DNA of 64,000 nucleotides from NCBI GenBank assembly GCA_964252035.1, contig OZ176206.1; one strand, given 5' to 3'. A program made the translations under genes and the position numbers. Positions 1 to 34,823 of the stretch are shown piece by piece. A model generated the notes under the pieces. That model saw only the letters and a program-made list of their open reading frames with translations. It was not told the origin of the DNA and searched no databases. Every line of letters starts with the position of its first letter. The first letter of the stretch is position 1. This DNA is from Podarcis erhardii. Its lineage: Eukaryota.

Positions 1-1588
1 ATGACTGCCTGCAGGGGGGATGTGAAAAAGAGAACAGTGAGTCCTTCTCCTGCAAGAAGGAACTCCTGCCATCCGTATTGATGGGACAGTTCAATCATTC
101 CATCAACTTCCCTTTCTATGGGCTCACTCTCCCCAAACTGGATTCTGGCTGATTTCTCTTCCCTAGATTTGCTTAGGCTCAGGCAAAGCTTTCCTTATAG
201 CAGCCTGGCAGTATTGTCAAGATAACTTTCTTTAAACCACTGCCCTTTGTGCTGTTATCACTAGCTACTGTTGGAAAGTAAGAGGAGTTTCCAACAACAG
301 TTTGCCACATGGCAAAGGAAGGGAGGATGGAAAGGGAGCTGGGGCTGTTTCAGAAAATTAGGTTTTCGCTGGCACTCAACAAACAAGTCCCACACGTCTT
401 TAGATTCAGGCTTTCAAAAATTCTAGCTAGCAAGAATTTCTGGAGAACCTCAGATGTCATTTCATTAAGTTTTGGGGGCTTTAATACTTTGAGTTGGTGT
501 GTGGGGAACCTCAAGATATTGCTAAACTACATCCCCCATCAGCCCCAGTAAACATGGCCCATGGGCTAGGGATGGGAATTGTACTTCACCAACATCTGGA
601 AAGCACCATGTTCCCCACACTTGACTCAGAAGGTAGCTATTCAATATCTGCTACAGGCTTTGCAAACCCATCTTTTAAAAAGGAGCATTTGGTTTCAGGT
701 CAAATGATCGGGAAAGCATGCGACGGAAGGTTTCCGGGTATCTCAAATGAATTAAGATGCAATTTGGGGAGTATATGTTCTGAGGGGAAAAACAGATCCT
801 GCTGCAGGTGATTGCTGTAGAAATCATTTGCTACCTTCAAAAAATGCTACAATTCCTGATGAACATCAGTCATTGTCTGAGCCATGCAGCCAACAGCATT
901 TTGTTTGCTTTGACTACTATCATTTCTGCAGTATTATTCAAGGAGAACAAGTCTCAGTACACTTCTACTTAGGAGATGCAATCCAAAAGCAGGCAGGCAG
1001 GCTTGTACATCTGCATGATCCAGAAGAATTTCATTCTTTTGAAGAAGCTTTCACATTCCATAGTATTTTTGCTTTAGCAGAAAGAGACTGCCTACTTATT
1101 TCCATCCTTACAATTTGTAAAAGTTGTAGGAGCAAGATTAATATAAATCTCCCACCGAACAGCTTTCCCCTCCCTGCAGTATCCCCAAGCTTGTACTGTA
1201 AAGTACCATAGCAGTATGGCTGCCACAACCCAGGGCTGGCTTTCTCAGGCACCTGCTAAGGTCACTACTCCAGCAGTGGCTTGCTGTCAACTGCTACAGC
1301 TTTCTGGCCCTGATCCACCTTGCCACTGCCACCTGCACACCCTCTCCCTGAAAGCAGGTAGGTGAACAAGCAGTAGTGGCGACAAGGAGGAGAGGATCCC
1401 CTTGCCCCAAGGGCTGACCACAAATGCAGTGCTGGCACTGTTATTGCATCAGCACCCAGGTACCCAACAGGGAGACTGCTTGAGAAATAGCCAATTATGT
1501 ATGCCCCTCCCATGCCATCTCTCCCATTACATTACCAGAGTAAAAGACCCAAAAGGTCTGCTGCCCTTGGAGTCAAAGGAAGCTGTAC

Positions 1589-26052
<24,464 letters not shown>

Positions 26053-27544
26053 GCCTGCGTGCGTGCGTGCGTCCGTCGCTCTCTCTTCCCTCCAAAGGCG
26101 GCGGCGGCGGCGGCAATATGGCGGGCGGGGCCGGAGCGGTGGGCCAAGCGGACGCGCCGGGAGGCGGAGGACGGGGCCAAAAGGGAAGCCGACGGCGGCC
26201 GAAGCGGGACAGAAAGCCTCGGTGGCACCGAGCGCCCGAGACCGGCCCCTTCCCTGAGCACGCCCCTTTTTTAAAGAGACAGTTGGGCGGAGCTGAGGGC
26301 GGAGCGTGGGGAGGTGGGCGGGGCGAGGCGAGGACGGGACAGAGCGCTTCGAGCGGAATTCAGGAGCGGGTGAAATCCTGGCGGGGCAAGCCGTGGCAGC
26401 GAAAGGAGACGGGCATCTGGTGGCCGCTTCGAAGGAGGCAGTTTTTGTTGTGGCCTGAATTTCCGTAGGCGAGGAGAGCCTGCGTAAAGTGATAAGGCGG
26501 GGTGTGTGTGTTTGTATTTGACGAGAGTCAGTCCGTTAAATTAGTCGATTTCATATATTTTGACCGTTTCGGAAAGGGGCCTCCTCCCCCCACTAGTTAA
26601 TCAGTGCTTTAAAAATACAAGAACTTTAAGCACCATCACAAAATAATTTCCAGCAATATAGTCCTGTTAGCCTCTTGCAGCACAAAGAGTCTTGTGGCAC
26701 CTAAAAGCTAACAAATTTATTATGGTATAACCTTTTGTGTTACTCTGAATTATAGGTCAGAATATTATGCATTAGATGAAGTTGACCGTAGGTCATGAAA
26801 TCTTGTGCCACAACAAATCATTTACCCTTTCAAGTTACCACTCTTTGTCACCTAAAAAGAGACATTCCTCCTCCTCCTGTGCAGGAGGGACCACCTCTTC
26901 TAAGATGAAGACTGCACACATAGAATCCAATTTTTTTCTGAAGTGCCTCTTTTGAAATGAAGTAAAAAAACAGCTAAAGAGTGCAGTATTGAGTTGGGCA
27001 CTAGCTCCTTCCTTTATTAGAACATTTATTAGAACATTTGGTACCCAAAAACAGAATACAAAACAGAGCATCTATTTAAAAACGGGGTGGGGGGTGTTGC
27101 ACATGTGAAAGGCTATGAATGCAAAGCCACCTGCCACCCACCAGGGGGGTCTCAGCAAATGGTTGCAGCATTTAGGCAGTCTCCTGTGTGGCCTTTTAGA
27201 TACCAATTAAATGGTGCTCACAACGAACTGGCACCCAGTAGAGCTGCTTGAGAACAAGTTTAAAAAGTTCATTTCAGCTGGGCCAAGTTATTAACCTCAC
27301 TACTGTATTTTGAACTGGCGGAAGTTTCTCAGAAGTCTGCAAAGACAGCCCGTTATGTAACACACTGCAGGTTAATAGTGTAGACAAACATGGCTCAGAT
27401 TATTTCTGTTGCAGAGTGGGGCAGGTTAGATGGGGATCATTTTATGTCAGATGTGCTACTTGGATTGTCTTTAATGAAGTAGAACTTTATCAAGTAAATT
27501 AAAAATCCAGTAGCAATATTGGATGCACGAAGAGCTTTTAAAGG

Positions 27545-27712
27545 AACGGCAGAATTGTAGGTTTAGAAGGGACCCCCTGAGGGTCATCCAGTTCAGTCCC
27601 CCCCCCCCCGCCCCACAATGCAAAAATCCTACTTGCAGCTATCCCTGGGTGGGCTCGAACCACCAACCTTCTGGTTAACAGCCACACCCATTGACCCATT
27701 GTGCCACTCAGG
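27545..27712 (-). mobile_element. tRNA-headed SINE with CR1-like tail (Squam-type)
   Basis: gggctcgaaccaccaaccttctggttaacagcc reverse tRNA-like head; agggaccccctgagggtcatccagtt CR1-like tail. Confidence 0.6.
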
Positions 27713-28217
27713 CTGTGAACCTGCCTCAGGTGTGTTTGTATGCACAATCTCATCCAACGCAAGCTTTTCCACTCAGATGAGCCATCCACCAACAACACTG
27801 CCATCCTCTTAGGATGGAGCCTGTTTATTAGCTGTCATCCATTACTGACCCCGGACGCTGCTTTAGTGCTTTCACAGCCTCCAAGGCATAGCAGAACTGA
27901 GTGTTAGCAGCACGGGCGGAATTAATTTTTTAAGAGAGAATAAGTGCTTGAACTTCCATGCAAATAAAGCTCTCTGACAGAGAAGCTATCCCTCCAAATC
28001 CCAGCAAGGGTTTGGGGACAGGGTGGTCACGGCAGCTGGCTGGGCTTACACATCAAGGAGGGAAAGGTCCAGTTGCACCCTTTTATTACCTGCATGTCCC
28101 AGGGCTGATTCCACTCCCCACTGCAGGGTTGATATGGGGAGGGGAGGGGAGCAGCAACAGAGAGAAACGAAGCAGAACTCCAGGAAGGACACCCACAGAA
28201 ACATTTTAAGGTGTCCT

Positions 28218-28223
28218 TTTATT
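28218..28223 (-). terminator. FAM229A poly(A) signal AATAAA
   Basis: tttatt on the plus strand about 110 nt past the stop codon. Confidence 0.7.
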
Positions 28224-28334
28224 AAAATGTGCGTCACTGTTCTGTGTGGCTTGCTTTGCTGTTGTCCGGCTGTCAGTGTGTTTCCTGGGACAGCCGCTGT
28301 GGCCTCAGCACTCGAGCCCGACCTAGGGGAGCCT

Positions 28335-28437
28335 TCAGGTGGTTCGTGGCCTGTGGCTCCCACCCATGGCAATGTAGACGTCAATGGGGACGTTGGGCAG
28401 GGTCAGGCAGTGGCACCCTGGACATCTTCGCAGCTGC
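28335..28437 (-). CDS. FAM229A: FAM229A last coding exon
   Basis: ttttgggcag|GCAGCTGCGAAGATGTCCAGGG ... ACCTGA. Confidence 0.94.
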
Positions 28438-30670
28438 CTGCCCAAAAGACAGAGAGAGTTGATCCCTGCATTTGTTAGGAGCTGCATATTCATATGCACT
28501 GTGCAAAATGGAATGTGTCTCAGAATGTCATTCTATTTAAAATAAAATAAAATCCAAGTTCCAATTTCAAACAGAACTACTTAGGTGCTGCGCTTTACTA
28601 ACTCAGGCAATCATTTCCATGTGTGGAGCTAGTATGGTAAAGGTAAAGGTACCCCTGACCATTAGGTCCAGTCGTGACCGACTCTGGGGCTGCGGCGCTC
28701 ATCTCGCTTTATTGGCCGAGAGAGCCAGCGTACAGCTTCCGGGTCATGTGGCCAGCATGACTAAGCCGCTTCTGGCAAACCAGAGCAGCGCACGGAAACG
28801 CCGTTTACCTTCCCACCAGAGTGGTACCTATTTATCTACTTGCACTTGATGTGCTTTTGAACTGCTAGGTTGGCAGGAGCAGGGATTGAGCAACGGGAGC
28901 TCACCCCGTTGCGGGGATTCGAACCGCCGACCTTCTGATCAACAAGTCCTAGGCTCTGCGGTTTAAACCACAGCGCCACCCGCATCCCTGTGGAGCTAGT
29001 AAGTGGGTGCAACTCACCAGGACCCATGATAGGAGGTGCTCAAGACAAGGACAGATTCCTCTAGTTATCATTGTTGCACCAATGGGGACACATTTAGGAA
29101 ACCACAAGGAGCAGCAGAGTGGGAAGCGCTACTTAACACAACCTTTCCCCCCTCCCCCGGTCCCCCTCTTGATGTTTTGGACTACAGCTACAGTTGTAGT
29201 CCAAAAGATCAGGAGGGAACCAAGCTGAGGACAGCTGGATATTTGCCTGCACAAGCCCCACTGGACTAAATAAAATATATTAATTAGCAGATGGCAAGGT
29301 GGGGGGAGATATAGATATGGATTTGCCACTTCAAGCATCAAAACATTGTGGGCCAGGGGAACGTCAATTCCAAACTTTCCCATCTACCTTCAAAATGCTG
29401 CACAAAGCGTGACAAAGCACAGTACAGTTGTTGTTGTTGTTGTTGTTGTTAATCATTACTATTTATATTTGTATCCCACGTTTCCTCCCAAGAGATCAAG
29501 GTGGCTTACATGGTTCTCCACTCCCATTTTATCCTCACAACAACCTTGTGAGTTAGGTTAGGCTGAAAGTGAGTGACTGGTCCAAGGTCACCTAGTGAGC
29601 TTTATGGCTGAGAGGGGATTTGACCCCTGGTCTCCCTGGTCATAGTCTTATATATTTTGTAGACATCTATTGCCTGTTAGTTTCCCTACCACCAGGAAAA
29701 TAATATATTTTATCCACTCCACACATATTTTCTTGACCATTTCTATCCCTCATCAGCTAATTTATTCTAACAGCCCTTCATTTGGTCTCTGCATAAGCCG
29801 CAGTCAGGCTGGCAACTGACAACTGTTGACTGAGCCCTGTGAGGTTTGCATATGACTAGAGGTAATTTGCTGCTAAATTACCAAAAGACCATCCAGAGCA
29901 AGTTTAGTGTCATTTCTTCTGTGCTGCCTGATGGTTTGGGTGTACAGTGGTACCTTGGGTTAAGTACTTAATTCGTTCCAGAGGTCTGTTCTTAACCTGA
30001 AACTGTTCTTAACCTGAAGCACCACTTTAGCTAATGGGGGTCTCCCACTGCAGCCGCGCTGCCGGAGAATGATTTCTGTTCTCATCCTGAAGCAAAGTTC
30101 TTAACCCGAGGTACTGTTTCTGGGTTAGCGGAGTCTGTAACCTGAAGCATCTGTAACCTGAAGCGTATGTAACCCAAGGTACCACTGTAACTAGTTCTGT
30201 CCACCCATATTTTCAGAGGCAGATTCCCTCATACACTTGCCTGCTCGATGCAATAGAAGATGGCTTAGCACCTGCTCTCCACAGAAAGAGGGGGAGTGGC
30301 AGTTTAGGGAAACAGGAACCTGCCATTTTTGAAGTCCATCTAGCCCATTATCATCTATGTTAACTGGCAGTGGCTCTCCAGGGACTGAGGCAAGGGCAGT
30401 TTCCAGGCCTGCTTGGCTATAGCAGAGACTAAAACTGGGACCTTCTGTGTGCAAAGGAAATGCTCTGCCAACTGAGCCACCATGCCCCTTCTCCTTCAGC
30501 TGTGGTGCCAGGGTTGAATCCTGCCTGTCCCGCTGTGAAACGTTTCCTTACCTTGTTGCAGTGCGCTCAGGGGCAACTGGCTCCTGTGTTTCGGGGGCAG
30601 TCGCCAGGCTGGGAGAATCTCCTGCCTCTATTGGAAATCTCCGAGCTTGTGGGGTCTCTTGGGAGCTCAT
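28335..30670 (-). CDS. FAM229A: Protein FAM229A, 73 aa, two coding exons
   Basis: join(30552-30670,28335-28437) = 222 nt: MSSQETPQARRFPIEAGDSPSLATAPETQEPVAPERTATRQLRRCPGCHCLTLPNVPIDVYIAMGGSHRPRTT*. RRFPIEAGDS, LRRCPGCHCLT and VPIDVYxAMGGS match recalled human FAM229A; phase-2 intron AG|gtaagg ... ggcag|G; adjacent to TSSK3 and BSDC1 as in human. Confidence 0.93.
28635..28988 (-). mobile_element. Full-length Sauria SINE in the FAM229A intron
   Basis: tRNA-like head gggatgcgggtggcgctgtggtttaaacc on the minus strand, (ACCTTT)n tail, 13-bp TSD TGTGGAGCTAGTA (28622-28634 and 28989-29001). Confidence 0.93.
29460..29650 (-). mobile_element. MIR/CORE-type SINE
   Basis: cctcacaacaaccttgtgag...ccaaggtcacc...ggatttgaccc. 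Confidence 0.7.
29945..30187. mobile_element. Tigger-like MITE, complete
   Basis: TA-CAGTGGTACCTTGGGTTA...TAACCCAAGGTACCACTG-TA, 18-bp perfect TIR; internal TAACCTGAA repeats. Confidence 0.92.
30552..30670 (-). CDS. FAM229A: FAM229A first coding exon
   Basis: Acceptor gacag| at 30686/30685, ATG at 30670, donor AG|gtaagg at 30552/30551. Confidence 0.92.
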
Positions 30671-33600
30671 GTCCGAGCCCCAGACCTGTCTATGGAAGAG
30701 AAGGGTTCAGTGGGACATCCCTCTGCCTCTGCCCCTGCCCCAGGCCCATCCACCTACTCCAAAATGCCAGCTGGGTAAGCAACTCAAGGAGCATCACACA
30801 CCAGCCTAGGAAGCTCCTGGTTCTTCTGAGGGTCCCCTGCCCCACTCTCAGGCCTCACAAGTGGCTGTTCAGAAGACATATCTGCCAATACCAATGAATT
30901 CTTTATTCCATTGGTTCGTTTTAGGGTTGTGATCTTTTGAAAAATACTCTTAATGTCTACAGTGTTTTTGTGTATGCTGCCTGCTTAGATAATACATTTA
31001 TATGCGAGTCACAGAAAGGCAGGGGAGCAAGAGAGAATCTGGTTTATGTGATTGGAAATGCAGCAATAGTGTGTTCACAAGGGGGAGTGGATCCCATGTA
31101 TTTGTGCATCGCTAAACATCCAATAGTTCTACATTTCTGACCATGTATGAAAGAACTCAGAGGGGTGCCAGAAGCTGCCTGGAAGCCCCAGCCAACCCCA
31201 TACTTCAGCTGCTAGGAAGGTAAGTGTCTGTCTTCCTGTTCCTGTCCCCCCCCCCCCCACCACAGTATGGCTGCAACATTATTTAAAACAACTTCACCTT
31301 GTACCTTCAACCGAAACCTGACACAAATTGCTCAGGGGAGGCCTTTTCCTGGTGTGGAGAAAAGATCGCCCCAGGCCCTCTAAACGGACTGCAGGCCAGC
31401 CCAGCCCAATACATTTCACTTCTCCCAAGGCAAAGGGCAAGAGGACAGCTGCTACCCATCCTGCAGAGGAAAGTTGCTGAGCTTGCAAGTGAATCACAAG
31501 CAACAGGGTGGTGTCCTCTGCTGCACCCAAGGTCCCAGGTTAGTTTGGGGGGGCAGGGCAGACCACATAGCATGAACAACTCCAACCAAGGGGAACAGCT
31601 TGGGATGTTAAGGAGCAGCAGCTGAGGGACCACTGCTATTGCCACTGCCCCCCAGAATCTACCACCTGAAGTGGTCGCTCCACTCTGCCTCATGACAGGG
31701 CCGACTGGTTCCACTCCTGCTTTGGTTGAGTATTGTTTGGGTGGCCCCACCATGGGATGCCTGGAGTCTGGCATCCTGGGCCGGCCCATTCTTCTGCCTT
31801 GCCCTTGGCTCCTCCATCCCAGCCTTACCTATCAAAGGCGGAGGAGTGCTCCCTAAGAGTCTACTGGGCAGGTTGAAGCGCCTATTGCAAAGGGCAGGCT
31901 GGGACGGAGCCCAGAGGGAGGCAGCGGCTCAGTGGCATTGTGACTCAGAAGGGCTACGCTTGCATCACAATGCATCCTGGCCTTCTCTCTGCTGATGGTC
32001 TCCAGGGCAGGGAATCCTAGGCTGAAAGCTCAGCCCAAGCCAGCCTGGCCCATTCCCCTACTAGCCTTGCAGACAAAGAACTCAAGAGTCACTTCTTGCT
32101 CTCTGACAATATCCATCCATAATGGCATCCAAATCTGGGACGTTTGTGAGAGGACAATCTCATTTACATTCACAAACCAGCCAACCCTATATGCTTTGCC
32201 CCTACTGTAGCACCAGTGTCTTCTATTACCCCCAGGTAAGAGCTTCTTTATTCATATCAGCTGACAGGTTTATATGATACCTCCAAGGGTTCAGTGTTTC
32301 TCAGCTCCTAGGAATTTTCCTTTTAACAAACCCTCCTCCTCCAGCCTCTCTAGTGATGTGGCATTCAGGTCCTCCTGAGGCACAAAGGTGATGCTAGAAA
32401 ACCTGTCTCTCTTGTCTTCCTTAATGTGTGGCACAGTATGAAAATGCCCACAGTGCCTTAAAGATGCCAAGCAGAAGTTGGGACTCCACCACCATGGGTC
32501 TGTTTAGAGCAGGGACGAGGAACCTGTGGCTCTCTAGATGTCCTTGGGCTACAGTTCCCTTTGTCCATGCTAACTGGAGCTAAGGGGAGCTGGAGTCTAC
32601 CAACGTCTGTTGGACCACAAGTTCCCCATCTCTGGTTTAGAAAGAGAAACACCAGTCTTTACCTAATGGGTAAGGGAGGGATCAGCTTAATTTTGGTTTC
32701 TAACTTTCTAGTGTACAACATGGGCCTTGAAGATTTCTTTTGAAAAACCACTTACAATAGATATATTTGTTTCCAAACTCCAAGTTATGTCATCTCAACC
32801 CCTCAGTTCTTGAGTTATTCATACATTTAACATCATAGCTGCATAGTTCCAGGTCTTGCTACCAGCATACAAGATGGTGGTCTTCAGTTTCCCCAAAAGC
32901 ACCAACATCAAAGCCCAAAGTTCTATCAGGCAGCCATTATTACAGAAGTCCAAAGAACAAAATTACTGTTGTATTTTCTTTCAGAATCTGAGCATCTCCT
33001 TTATAAAGATCTGCTTGAACTGCTGGGACCTTTTAGCTTATAAAAAAAATGGCAATTGTGAGAGGTTCTCTAGTTAACAGATGATGGAGAAAAACAAGAA
33101 GGAAAAAACCCCATCAGACCCTGCTGTTAAATTTCTCTGATAAACCTGAATGGCCCTTCAGAAGGCATAATGCTCAGCTAGGTGCCCTGCTGGGGTTAAA
33201 ATTAGTTTTGGGATTCATTTTGACAGAATATTTTTGCAAATTCTGGAAGCTGTCTGTTGTGCACACAAATAGGTGTGCAGTCATAAGTTTGGGAAGTGTG
33301 TGTGTTCTCTTCCTTTCAGAGGTTCCAGATGAAACACTGCTGTCTTAGAGGGGATGGGCAATGAGACTGGATACATTGCCAAAATAGGGGCTAGCACTAG
33401 CCACTATCCTCTTGGAGAATACAGTGAGTGGGAGGGTGAAGGAGCTGCCATACGCTCCAACATTCCTCAGCAAATAGGGACATTCTATTGGTGTAGAATA
33501 GAATGTCCCTATTTTCTAAGAAATGTTGGAGGGCATGCTATCTGGCCAGAAGGGTAGGATATGTAGTGAGGGAATAGAGGAGAGGCAGTGGGAATGGCAT

Positions 33601-34678
33601 TGGAGGCCCACCAGCCTGCTGTAGGTCTTCAAGGACAGGAATAAAAGCAGCTGCATCCTTCAGTTTCTGTTTGGATAGTTCTTCCTTGGGGTTCTTGATG
33701 AGTGAGAGAGCAAGTTATTTGGAGCAAAGCACCTGCTTGGCTTCTGGCTGCAAATGCCTCTAGGGCATCTCTCCCTGTGCCCAGACGCAACCCACGAGGC
33801 TACTGTACCACACTGGCTCTCTCTGTGCTGATAAGTCCCATTATATATCATAGATGAGTGATTTGAAGTAGACCACGGACTGATCCCCAGCAATTCCAGC
33901 AGCCACAGGTGCAACTGTGGTGTTCACAGATATAGAAGCACATACAAAGCCCCCCTCCCGCAGTGCCCACAGGTTCTCTTCTCCGTACTTGAAATTTGGT
34001 TTGAATGAATATGTTGCGTTGTGTGTGGCACCCACAACAGATTATCTGGTTTGCAGATGTGTCCAATGACAAACTCTTATCTTAAGGAAATCATCTCACT
34101 GAATAAGAAAATGGTTGAGGGAATTAGAATACTTACTCTTAAGAGTTGCCTGACGTAGTTAGACCCAAATCCTGCCAAGTAGCCTCAAGCCAGCAGACTT
34201 CCATGATGGGGAAAAGGAGACTAACTTAATTGTCCATGTTCACCCTGGACAAATAAAGAGGTTCACTACACTACAGTATGGACTATATTCATCTCTTACC
34301 CAAGGCCTCAAAGCTGTAGGCCTCTTGGCAGGTTAACCCATCACCCCCCTGGAGGGCACTGGAGGAAGCTGAGGGTTTGGGCAATGCAGGCTCTCCAAGG
34401 AAGCATGTCTGCTTTCCTCCCATTGGTGCAAAACTACTACCTCCAGCCCGGGGTCCTCAGGTAACACAAGGTTGCATCACAATGGGGGCTCAAAGTTTCA
34501 GGATGTCCAACCTCAGTTTCACCCCTCATCAAAGGACCTTGTCTGGGCAGGAAAAATGATCTAGCATCCTGGGCTGCAACCAATGCAGACCCTGGTCTGG
34601 GAGGCAAAGGACGGCGATGTATATACTTTGTGATGACATGATGTCCTGAGAATGACAGATGAGCACGTTAAAGACACA

Positions 34679-34823
34679 ATGGAGGAGTTTCTTCTCTCCC
34701 ATGGTTACCAGATGGGTAAAACCATTGGAGAAGGGACATATTCAAAGGTCAAGGAAGCTTTTTCAAAAAAACACCAACGAAAAGTGGCCGTGAAAATTAT
34801 AGACAAAATGGGAGGACCAGAAG
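34679..34823 (+). CDS. TSSK3: TSSK3 exon 1 coding part
   Basis: G-loop GEGTYS and VAVK lysine; donor G|gtaaga. An in-frame upstream ATG lies at 34652. Confidence 0.96.

Noticed and set aside
1-1588. Search for KPNA6 exon 12 (AVIDANIFP-like) and for genes in the ORFs at 309-1653
   Set aside because: No matching exon found; the ORFs lack recognisable motifs. This is KPNA6 intron 11.
28940-28988. tRNA-like sequences (also near 25000, 27660 and 30450)
   Set aside because: These are SINE heads with LINE-derived tails, not tRNA genes.
31299-31995. GC-rich ORFs of 108-160 aa between FAM229A and TSSK3
   Set aside because: No recognisable family, overlapping on both strands, no consistent splice phase; more likely 5' UTR or promoter sequence.
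33841-34072. Protein-like minus-strand ORFs (e.g. ENLWALREGGFVCAS...YFKSLIYDI)
   Set aside because: I could not assign them to any family or link them to other exons; a TBLASTN/PhyloCSF check would be needed to revive them.
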